Source: Ostrea edulis (Eukaryota). Taken from it: a stretch of 64,000 nt of DNA. Position 1 is the first letter of the stretch, and each line of letters begins with the position of its first letter. The position numbers were made by a program, and so were the translations under genes. The stretch is from assembly GCF_947568905.1 (NCBI RefSeq), contig NC_079166.1, positions 20,522,001 through 20,586,000 on the forward strand, written 5' to 3'. This document shows positions 53,279 through 64,000 of the stretch, piece by piece. The notes beneath the pieces are model-generated. The model had not been told where the DNA came from and searched no databases. It worked only from the letters and a program-made list of their open reading frames with translations.

Positions 53279-56200
53279 ATGTCAATGGATGAGATAAAAT
53301 TTGTGTCAGTAAATTGTCAAGGTTTATGTAGTCAAGAAAAAAGGAGAGATGTCTTGAAATTATTAAAAACAAAAAAGTATGATATATATTGTTTACAAGA
53401 TACCCATTTTGTTGAAGATCTTCATAATATTGTAAAACAAGAATGGGGTTATGACAAATGTTTTTTCAGTTCATTTGCAACAAATGCAAGAGGTACTGCA
53501 ATTCTTTTTAATAATTCATTTAATTTTACTTAACATAGAGAAAAAAAGATATCAATGGTAATTTTATTATATTAGATGTGGCAATTGAAGATAAAAGATT
53601 AACATTGGTGAATTTATATGGGCCAAATAGAGATTCACCGGATTTTTTAAAAAAATGTTGTAGAAAAAGCAAAGGATTTTGAAAATGACGATTACATTTT
53701 TTGTGGTGACTTTAATTTTGTTATGAATCCAAAGTTAGACTGTAAGCATTACAAAGAAAATACTATAAACAATCCTAATGCGAGGAGAACTATGATAAAA
53801 GCCATGGAGGAGTTAGATATTTTAGACATTTTTAGAGAATTGCATCCAGAAAGGCAGCGATACACATGGAGACATAAGAATCCTACAAAGTTAGCGAGGT
53901 TAGACTATTTTTTAGTGTCAACTTCCTTGTTTAATAGTGTCCATGATGGTTATGTTGAAGCAAGTTACAGGTCAGATCACTCTATGGTAACTTTTTCTAT
54001 TAAACTACAAGAATTCAAAAAAGGAAAGGGCTTATGGAAGTTTAATAACTTTCTTTTATATAATAAAGAATTTGTTGAACAAGTGAAAAAGACAATTAGT
54101 AACACGAAACAGCAGTACGCGATTCCAGTGTATACATTTGATAATATTAATAATATACCTGACAAAGAAATTTGCTTCAAGATTAATGATCAATTATTCT
54201 TGGAAATTCTTTAAATGGAAATAAGAGGGCAATCTATATCCTTCTCCTCATATCTTAAAAAAAGTAAAACCCAAAGAGAGGTGGAATTATCAGAAACTAT
54301 ACAACAGTTAGAAGAACAAGAAGGTGTTATAGATACACAGGATCTTGAAAATGCAAAGAAAGAACTAGAAACTATTCGATTAGAGAAATTAAAAGGGGCT
54401 ATGATTAGATCAAAGGCCAAATGGATTGAAGAAGGTGAAAAACCTAGTACCTATTTCTGTAATTTGGAGAAAAGAAATTATGTTAATAAAATAATTCATA
54501 GAATCGAGAATAATGATGGTCATACTATTACCAGTCAAGAAGAAATATTAGAAGTGGTATGTGATTATTATGAAGAATTATTCAAGAATAAAAATACTGA
54601 TGGGGATTAAAAGGCATGGGAGAATGATAATATGTTTAAGGAAGTCCGAAAACTGTCTTTTGAAGAAAGCCAAATATTAGAGGGGGAATCACGTATAGTG
54701 AAGCCACTGACACTTTGAAAAGGAATGAATAATGACATTAGCCCTGGTAGTGATGGTTTTACAACTGAATTTCTCAAGTTTGTTTGGAAAGATTTAGGTC
54801 AATTTGTCTTACGATCTTTGAATCATGCATTTGTAAATGGTGAATTATCTATTACTCAAAGACAGGGTGTTATCGTCTGCCTTCCAAAGCCAAACAAGCC
54901 TAAACAATATTTGAAGAACTGGAGGCCTATTACATTATTAAATACAGTCTATAAACTTGGGTCAGGATGTATAGCCAATAGAATAAAAAGAGTTTTACCT
55001 AAGTTGATAAATGGGGATCAAAGTGGTTTCATACCAGGGAAAAATATATCAGAAAATACCAGGATGATATATGATATTATGCATTACACTCAAGTCAAAA
55101 ATATTCCAGGTATGATCCTGCTTATTGATTTTGAAAAAGCATTTGACACAGTGTCTTGGGATTATTTATTTAATATTTAGAGTATTATGCTTTTTTAATT
55201 TTGGAGAGGGCATTCAAAAATGGGTAAAGTTATTTTACACAAATATTATGACAACAATAAACCAAGGTGGGAATTTATCAAGATGGTTTTTGAATAGGAG
55301 AGGTTGTAGACAAGGAGACCCAATATCCCTTTATTTATTTTTACTATGTTCAGAAATTCTAGCGATCAAAATACGAAGTAACAAACAAATTCAGGGTATA
55401 CACATTAATAATGAAATGTTTCTTATAACACAATTAGCAGATGACACTTCTATTTTCCTTGACGGTTCAAAAATGTCATTGGAAATAACACCACAAGAGC
55501 TTCAGGATTTCAAACTTCTGTCGGGTCTTGCAGTTAATTATTCAAAGAGTCAAGTTATATTGATCGGTAGCAAAAGGTTTTGTGGGGAAAAGATAGTGAA
55601 CAACACGGAGTTGGTTTGGGGAAGTAAGACATTTCAAGTCCTGGGAATTGAATATGATATTGATTTGGAACAAATGGTTAAAACAAATTATAACAAAATG
55701 GTCTTGTCTATCCAACTTTAATTAAATCAATGGAAAAGAAGAAATTTAACACCAATAGGACGAATAACGGTTGTTAAGTCCTTAGCAATTTCCAAAATAG
55801 TACATTTATTCATTTCTTTACCAACTCCTACGAAAGACATCATAGAAAAGTTAAATAAATTATTTTTTTGATTTTGTATGGAAAAGCCCTGTGGCTAAGA
55901 TTTAAAAAAAAGTAGTTACTCAAGAATACATAGATGGGGGTTTAAAAATGGTAGATATTGAAAACTTTGATGCAAGTATGAAAATTTCATGGATCAAAAA
56001 ACTGTTACAAACTACAAGTACACCAAAGTGGCAGAAGATTTTAGGAGCAAGCATAGATATTTACAAAATAATTAAATTAGGACCAAACTTTACATTAAAA
56101 AACATTAAAACCTTTAACAATCATTTCTGGATGGATGTTTTTAAATCCTGAAAAAAACTCTGCATATGTTTTGATAAAAACAATGCTACTAAAGAAATGT

Positions 56201-57094
56201 GTAAAAGTGTAATATGGTATAATGACAATATACAAGTAGATAAAAAACCTATTTTTTTAAAATCATGGTATGAAAAAGAATTTTTTTTTGGTAAACTCAT
56301 TGATAAATGAGAATGGAACATTTTTATCATGCGATCAATTTACAAATATTTATGTTGGGGTGCATACAAACTTTTTAGAATTTTTTAGTGTATTACAAGC
56401 AGTTAAGAAACATTGTAAAAATGTTGCTCTTAATCATTTGAGCAAAGAAGATGAACCTATTATGCCATTACATATTTTACCATTTGCCTTTGCTAATGCT
56501 GGAAATAAGAAAATATATAAGATTTTCAATTATAGTGGTGAAACACCAACAGGTCAAAAGAAATGGAACAAAAAAATTTACAATTACAGACCAGGAATGG
56601 AAAACAATTAATCTAAATGTTTTTAAATTTACAAATGATAGAAAAATACAGTGGTTACAATATAGAATAAACCAAAGAATATTAAGTACAAATACTTTCT
56701 TGAAAAAAAAAATAAAATAATCAATCATGACATGTGCAGTTTTTGTGTTAGAGAAAAAGAAACACCAGAACATATTCTATATGAGTGTGAAAAAGTGCAG
56801 AATTTTTTATGTATTGTTTATAATTGGTTTTTTGAATCTTTTACATTTGATATTGTCACAGATAAGAAAGCATTTTTACTTGGCTGTTCAGAGAATGAAT
56901 TGATTAATATCATAAATTTTCATTTGAAACATTATATATATTATTCTCGATGTAAAGAAAGTCCACTGCTTTTAGTAAAACTTAAGAATATCTGGATAAA
57001 TGTATATCATATTGAAAGACACATAGCTCTTAAGAAGAGTTGTATAGAACTATTTGAGGAAAAATGGAAATTGTTTAAAAAACTGAATGAATGA
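53279..57094 (+). pseudogene. Disrupted ORF2 of an L1/Tx1-clade LINE (APE endonuclease, reverse transcriptase, C-terminal CCHC)
   Basis: Endonuclease motifs: SVNCQGL, CLQDTH, LVNLYGPN, GDFN, RLDYFLVS, SDH. Linker: KWIEEGEKPSTYF. RT motifs: PGSDG, NWRPITLLN, DFEKAFD, GCRQGDPIS, QLADDT. C-terminal CSFC..ETPEHILYEC. The frame is broken by several frameshifts and stops. Confidence 0.93.
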
Positions 57095-57488
57095 TTTTAT
57101 ATTACATTGTGTATAAGAATATTATAGGCATATATGCTACATTACATCAGCATAATTTGTGCATGAATATATATTTCTACTGATTTTGATACCAAAATGT
57201 TAAGACTTTTAGATTGTGCACAGGGTAAACAAAACAACATCACCTATGTTGGCAATTATTTCCCATTATTTTATGTATTTGTTCAGCAGCCAGAGTAACT
57301 TTTCCCTCTATCTTCTTACTCTTTACTTCTATCTTTGGTATGAAAGCCTATCATTAGTATGAAAGTGAGTGTTTGTGTAAATAACATTGAGTCCCCATAC
57401 CCGCTGGTCAGGTTGGGATGTAGGGGCAGTTGTAAAAATCCTGACTAAAAGAATTGAATAAATGTGTTGAACCAAAAAAAAAAAAAAA
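53279..57488 (+). mobile_element. L1/Tx1-like LINE copy with 3'UTR and poly(A); 5' boundary uncertain and ORF1 not seen
   Basis: ORF2 remnant, AATAAA at 57457-57462 and an A15 tract at 57474-57488. Confidence 0.85.
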
Positions 57489-57715
57489 GGCGCAGATAAC
57501 GAACAGTGATCAAGCAATATGAAACTGAAAGTTGGGCAAACACGGACCCCTGGATATACCAGAGGTGGGATCAAGTGCCTAGGAGGAGTAAGCATCCCCT
57601 GTCGACCGGTCACTCCCGCCGTGAGCCCTATATCTTGATCTGGTAAACAGAGTTATCCGTAGTCAAAATCAATGTGTCAAGAACGGCCTAACCATTGGTA
57701 TGAAACAAGTCAGAC
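57489..57715 (-). mobile_element. Penelope-derived 3' interspersed repeat; further copies at about 3478-3650(-), 8395-8430(-), 22705-22930(+), 24285-24360(-), 28253-28410(-), 45585-45780(+) and 58400-58580(-)
   Basis: Shared motifs gatgcttactcctcctaggcacctgatc, gagattgatcactg.tcgttatcttcacctttcat and gattttgactacggataactccgttt. The repeat is physically joined to RT remnants at 21650 and 40090. Confidence 0.75.
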
Positions 57716-59076
57716 TGACCATCATTAAATTTTGCTCGTCCAGTAAATGTCAGTCGGTTGGATCCCCTCCTGACAATAATTCCTAGATCCGTTCGTGTAG
57801 CTTAAAAAACAGAAAACACTGATGGGTTAATAAATGTTCACGAAAATGAAAATGCAAAATGAATTATTGTAAATCTGAAGCGGTAATTTATATTGTGAAT
57901 TCGAACAGAACAAATCTGTGTTGACAGAAACAAGAAAACAAAAACCAGACCGAATAATGGAATGAATAAAAACAGAATTCAGAAGATGACAAGTAAGATA
58001 CCATGATACGAGGAAACTAGACAAACCGGGCACCTGTAACACGTTAAGCAAGTCAAGTATATAGAATGTGTGTTGGGCGGTAGCAAGCGATTTTATGAAT
58101 GTTGAATAGGTGTATGTGTAGGTAATGAAAGTTTGATAATAAAACGTTGCAATACAATATGCGCAAAATAGCTCACAGAGGCGCATTGTATAAGTGTCTA
58201 CTTATTGGTCAATTTGTTAAATTTTAAATTGAACATGTTCTAAACAGATTGGTTAATCAAAGGGATCAAATTGATATTAGGATTCGGTTAAACGTTTATA
58301 ATGCGGTAGGGCATGTTCCAAACATATTATGATAAGAGCAGACTCTAATTCAAATCACACGAACTGAAATTCAGTTCAATTGGGTTTCTGTATGAAATGT
58401 AAAGATAGCGAACAATGTTCAATCTCATAACTCCTGTACAAAATTAGAAGTAGGACAAACTCGGATCCCTAGACACAACAGAGGTGGGGAAAGGTGTCTC
58501 AGAGCCGCAAGCATTCCCTGTTGATTGGTCATTACCGCTGTGAGTCCTATACCTTGATCAGGTAAACGGAGTAATCCGAAGTCAAAGTTAATATAACTAT
58601 ATTTGTAAATTAGAACGTTGTAACAAATATATCATTTATGAAATGCTGACTTTAAACGAGACTGTCGAAACCCCTGAAATATCACCTTATTTGTCAGTAA
58701 CCTTTCTCGATTCAAAAGCTGATCATAGGCAGTCGCCATACATATACGTATCTATCTTTTCTTTCTCCTTAGGTGCATTCGGGTCAAGTAAAGTGTGCTC
58801 ACAAATGACAACAATAATTTAGCTCAGATAAAATGTATGTACTTTTTCTGAAGGTACCTGTAATTACTGCAAAATGTTCTGTATGAAACGAGGTTATACC
58901 AGAGTGAAGTAAAGGATTGTCGCATCTTGTCTAGAAATCGATAAACCTGTGGCCAGACACGGGAAGTGATTGTAGTGGAGTCCGTGATCTCTGATTTAAC
59001 GGATAAAAATAGAAAGTACATGTACACTGTAGATCCGTTTATCGGAATTTAGGTAGCAATCGAGAGGAAGAACTTT

Positions 59077-59280
59077 CAGTGACGGATCTAGGGGGGGGGG
59101 GGGGGGGGGTACTCGTTCTGGAACATCCCGTCTCCCTTACGGCGGAATATTTTAAAACAAAAATGGTTTTTAAATACCATTTTGACCTCTTTATCTACAC
59201 CTTTGTAGCGGAAAAGGGACAAACATGAGTTACAACTTCCATCACACCCTTCCTTTTAACAATTTCTGGATCCACGCCTG
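59077..59280. mobile_element. MITE with GGATC-containing TIRs and an internal poly-G; a related partial copy lies at about 4835-5015
   Basis: cagtgacggatctag pairs with ctggatccacgcctg. The gcggaaaagg..aaacatg segment is shared with 4948-4966. Confidence 0.6.
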
Positions 59281-59935
59281 GTTTTTACTTTAATTCTTAC
59301 CATTTCACTGACTGTATATTATTAAACTTTTTTTAAATAATGTAAACTCTCTCTGATTATATGTATTTAGTGATTTGTTCATTTTACCAACAACAAAAAA
59401 ACAAAAACAAAAACAAAATCCCTTTTCATTTATACACGTTAAGAGGCTCCCTGTCCTATGATTGCAGTTTGAGAAATAAATTCACCAGAAGTGAATTTAC
59501 AGAAAATATTCTATCAAATGTGAGCAGACAATCTTTCTTTTGTTCTTGTAATAAAATATCGCCGACGGAGCAGAATGAATCAGATTTATCAAAGTCTGGG
59601 ATATGTAGTGTGTATACGACATTGCCGCATGCATTATTTCCATTTTTATAAGATCGGGGTCGTTATCTAAATTAGATATGACAAACAGCATGCGCATAAC
59701 GGTCACCGAGAATCGAGATATGCACAATACTGAATGCTGGGTAATGTCGTGCATTCCAAGTTGTAACGAAGACTGTGTCAATAGAAGTATTGTCGTGCAT
59801 GGTGGACATTAAGTACTAAGTGAGAAAATATTCCGATTTAGCAGTTCCGTTATTTCGTTTAAGCTTTATTATGTCGGCTTAAAGTACATTTGTGAAGTAC
59901 CAATATGTTTGAATGCAAGAGTAAGGACTTGTAGG

Positions 59936-60910
59936 ATGAGAGCCCGCAGCGGAACCGGAAATGATACACTGCTAGATGGCTTGAAAGGCTGTACTCATCA
60001 GGAAGTCGCTGTTCTGACCATAGCCGTGCTGATACTGGTTCTGGGAGTGTTTGGAAATATTGTGACATTCTTCAAAATAGTACTCAAAAGAAAGTTACGG
60101 AAACCAGTTCAAATTTCAATCGCGTGTTTGTCTGTTGCGGATTTCTGCAGTTTGTGCATGCAGTTTATTAGGATACCTATTGCACCGTGCAGCAACACGC
60201 CCCGTGTAGTAAGTGTGCAACAATTTGTACTCAATATTACAGCAGTGGCGATAAATTCTTCAACCATGCATATCATTCTATTGACCGCCATTCGTTACGG
60301 TCTGATCGTTCATCCGTTTCAGATGATATCTCGGCTGACTTCCTCCAAAGTGATAGCCTGTTCCTGTGTTTCTTGGGTCATCAGCATCGTTTTGGGAATT
60401 TTGTACGGAATATACAACCGGAAGTACTACAATCACGAAATAGAACAGGGTACAGACACCATTGTACAACTGTCAATCGGACTGTACGTTCTGTTGGTAC
60501 CATTGACTTTTTTCTTGATTTTCTGGATCATGGAATTACGCGCCATGAAGAAATCTCTCCTTCCTCAACGGACGTTAAAATCTATTAAAGGTGTTTCTCG
60601 GATGATAACGATGATTCTAATTCTTTATGCTGTATTCATGTCTCCGTACGTGATAGCAGACATCTGTCGCTATCTGCATCACCACCACGACATTGCCCTT
60701 CCACAACACGTCATTTTACGTCTGTATACCGCGGCACAGATCACAATACTGATGAACTACGCAGTGAACCCTTTTATTTACTTTTTGTACTTTAGAATTG
60801 TTTTTCAGGTGAAGGCTTGGTCGTGCAGGGCCCAAAGCAGATTATCCATTTTAAGGACACGTGAATATCATGAGAAACAAAACACCACTGTACGAGTTAA
60901 TCAAGAATGA
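59936..60910 (+). CDS. Intronless class A (rhodopsin-like) GPCR, probably a peptide-receptor-like orphan, 324 aa from the first in-frame ATG
   Basis: Seven hydrophobic segments with GN (TM1), LSVADF (TM2), AIRY as a DRY variant (TM3), W (TM4), FMSP (TM6) and NPFIY (TM7). There is an N-terminal N-glycosylation sequon (NDT). Confidence 0.9.
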   Translation: MRARSGTGNDTLLDGLKGCTHQEVAVLTIAVLILVLGVFGNIVTFFKIVLKRKLRKPVQISIACLSVADFCSLCMQFIRIPIAPCSNTPRVVSVQQFVLNITAVAINSSTMHIILLTAIRYGLIVHPFQMISRLTSSKVIACSCVSWVISIVLGILYGIYNRKYYNHEIEQGTDTIVQLSIGLYVLLVPLTFFLIFWIMELRAMKKSLLPQRTLKSIKGVSRMITMILILYAVFMSPYVIADICRYLHHHHDIALPQHVILRLYTAAQITILMNYAVNPFIYFLYFRIVFQVKAWSCRAQSRLSILRTREYHEKQNTTVRVNQE

Positions 60911-63900
60911 TCAATAGTGATATGGTAGCAGGGGACAGTTTCGCACTATAGGCCCGGTCAACTTTTTCAAAAAATGGAATTACCCCGTATTTGAAGTGAT
61001 ATTACATGTGTAAAAATGTATACAATAATTTTAGGATGCATGTCAAATGTAGCTGAGTGCTTAGTAAAAATGTTGATATACAACATGTAGGTGTCACCAT
61101 GATTCCTAGCATATAGATGGGTGCAAATACGAAACTAAGACACGTGGTCACTTGCTGAAGAAATTCCGGTGAAAACATGCAGGGTCTAGCAAAAGGTCTG
61201 TAGCTGTGAGGGAAGGTGGATGGCCCCATATGAGAGGTAGATTTTTGAGAAGGGCAGATAGGGTTCTTGATTGTGCACAGTGTCTAAATCCCCATGTTTG
61301 GTACTGTGATGGTGTGGGGGTGGTGCGGATTAGCCCAAATGAGGGAAAAGCAAAGCAAAAAAGGGGAACCTGCTCAGAGCATGTTTTGTGCACCAGCACC
61401 AGTATTTATAGATTGCATGTAATTTAGGGTCGTAATTTATTAACTACACTAATATGAAATACAAGTATTGACATAAAAGGGAAATATGAATTTTCATTAG
61501 TCTGTCATAATCTGACTTTGGTGTATACCCCCTATCCACAAGTTTCAAAACCAAAGAAACTGTCCCCTGCCACCTATCCATCCTTATTTATTGCAGGTAA
61601 ATTGTACCCACATGTACAATGTAAGTACATTAAATGGCGGACGATATAAGAATGACCAGTTTTTATCCATAGTTTCGAATTCCTCAATTGTTTTTGTTTA
61701 CCCTCAGTTTAACTAGTAAGTGAGTTAATGGTAGTTTATTCTGTGGGAGACAATATTGACCAGATTGTATTATGTGTAGTAGTATTTTAATAGACCACGT
61801 GAATCTGTTTTATTGTAAGAGGTCAGTAGATTGTTGTATGGTGGAAACTTTGGGGATAAAACAGTTTTTATAAAGTTTGCTTTTTTGTGCCAGTTCTTTA
61901 TGAATAGCGCGGTCTGTTTTTGTTGTACAAGATTCATAAAATATCTGTAAGTCTGTTGTGTTTGTGCTAGTTCTGTTAATCACTGAGTTGAAAATTCTTG
62001 GATATATGTTAGTTACTTGTAAGTATACACGTGTTGCATCACAAATGCATAACATTTGTAGTTTTATTAAATAAAAATTCCATATATTATAATGTTACAT
62101 ATGCGATTTTTGCACGATGTCTTCGGTGATATGAATTATCAGTGTCCGTACAGTAAAGTGTAAATAGACTTAGAATTTTCAAATTGATGTAATCTATAAA
62201 ATATTGCTTTTTATAAGTCAACGGAATCCATTCATGTTCAGGTGCTACATCAAACAGGTTCGAACCTGAGGTTTATAGCTTTGTCAATTCCATTGGTAGA
62301 AGTATATTTATAATATTTACATTGAAGGAAAAATACAAAAATAAGAAAGAAAACAATCGGGGGGGGGGGGTCAGGTGTCATTTTATTTGTTGTTGGATTA
62401 CAGTGTATATCAAACTTGACCTCTACTTTTGATTTATTTGCATCATCTCGTTTTGTCTGGTGGAATCAACACAACAAAACGACAAAAATAATCATTATAT
62501 TACACTGATAAATACTCGTGCCTTCTATCAATATACTATAGGGAAAAAGCTTATTGCATGTCAAATTGGAGTGGCTATTTGCACTTGAAAATGTGGACAA
62601 TTTCCTCATGTAAAATTAAAAAGTTTAAAAGAACGTACCGGTACCGTCGTGATATGTCGAGGTATTACAATGGCTAGCTTCTAACCAGTTATCTTTTGAT
62701 TTTAAGTAGGAAAACATAGGTTTCCTTTTATTTGTTTCTTATTACAAGACAACTGTATAGAACCCACGCCTCGATATATCAGAATAGGTCGCAATCATTA
62801 TGCATTTTTCTGAAATATCGTGATACATCGTGATATTTTATTACTTTCGCGATACAGTTCTACCAAATATATCATACATTCAGTACTTCAACCTATCCAA
62901 TAGAAATTGTTATGTCAAGTCAAATATTTAAAGGAAAATGAAAAGGATTACTTATATTGGCGTAAGGACTTTTTTATTTTGAAAAAAAAACTACATATAT
63001 TAATCTGCACAATTTTACATGTCGTATATTGTCAGTATATATATATACCCCTAATGTTCAGACCAATAAAACGAGATTAATATTGAACTAGTACCGACTA
63101 GAACTAGTACCGACACAGATGCATGCTGAGCTGTTGTGTTCAAAGGCTGAGGAGTTAATTTCCTTAACTATAATAAAATATGTCAATGAAATATTTGACT
63201 AGCACTTCATGGAATGTTTGCCAACATGAAGCACCGCAATCCATATCTTCATGTATATTTACATATATTTTCATTTCTTTCGGGTCGGGATTCCCAATCG
63301 TTAAAATAGACGAACTATATTGATTAAGATTCATACGCGCATCGTTTACAACTGCTATGCATTCATGAGGAAAATTGAAAAAAGAAACATTGGAAATGTA
63401 CATACATGTATCTAGATATAAACTTCAGGGAGAAATAGTTTTACTAGTTGATTTGAACATATTTTATTGTCTAGATACGTATACACAAACATGTATATTG
63501 CGATATAAAGTACGTGAGCGGATCAAATGATCTAATCTTATTTATATTGGGAACACTCTGTACTGGGGCGCTTTTTCAATAGGGAAAAATTGGGCACGAG
63601 TTATTTTTTCTTCATATGGGAAATTGTATGCCAACCTCCTTTTTTTCTGGGGTGAAATCTGACCAGGCTAGTTTTTCCGGGGACAAAGACTTTGCCGTGA
63701 TACAGTTTACGCTGTACAACAGGGACGACTTCCATACAGCAACTATAACATTATCCGGAAAAGTTGTAAGATATAGCAGTGTTTAATTACAACGAATTCC
63801 AATTGGGATTGTGAATCCAGAAAGTGTGGTTACACATGGTATTGATATTGAATTATTACCATGGTTGAATTCCGCCTGGTATACCGGTATCTAAATGCGC

Positions 63901-64000
63901 CATGGTATACATATACACTGTTTTGGGAAAAAAATCACATAACTTGAATTGGAAGCTGATGAAACATAATAAAAAGAAGATATTGCTTCGAAGAAGACGT

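Noticed and set aside
57827-58186. Hydrophobic minus-strand ORF considered as a second GPCR remnant
   Set aside because: It lacks GPCR motifs, and the hydrophobicity follows from T-rich composition.
61002-61427. GC-richer island with overlapping ORFs downstream of the GPCR
   Set aside because: There is no recognisable domain, splice chain or element termini.

Overview
This is AT-rich eukaryotic DNA, probably from a bivalve mollusc (oyster-like). That assignment is inferred from the abundant TACATGTA motifs and the style of the repeats, not from a database search. Three genes can be assembled by hand. (1) A six-exon alpha-class-like glutathione S-transferase on the minus strand (CDS 9955->3275, 218 aa). 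(2) A four-exon, 116-aa secreted His-rich protein with a BRICHOS-like Asp/CY/C pattern and a GC-AG intron on the minus strand (19860->15854), which is absent from the ORF track. (3) An intronless class A GPCR on the plus strand (about 59936-60910). The rest is mostly repeats. A roughly 9.5-kb 37/38-bp satellite (28505-38052) has higher-order structure and is split by a Helentron/HINE-like insertion. There is also a decayed L1/Tx1 LINE (53279-57488), a 27-bp satellite (about 50475-52505), four HINE-like rolling-circle elements, several MITEs (including a long-TIR element with a 9-bp TSD), about ten Penelope-derived fragments, SINE pieces and many minisatellites. One assembly gap of 142 N lies inside a GST intron. 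Almost all long ORFs in the supplied track at 28.5-38 kb and 50.6-52.7 kb are artefacts of tandem repeats.
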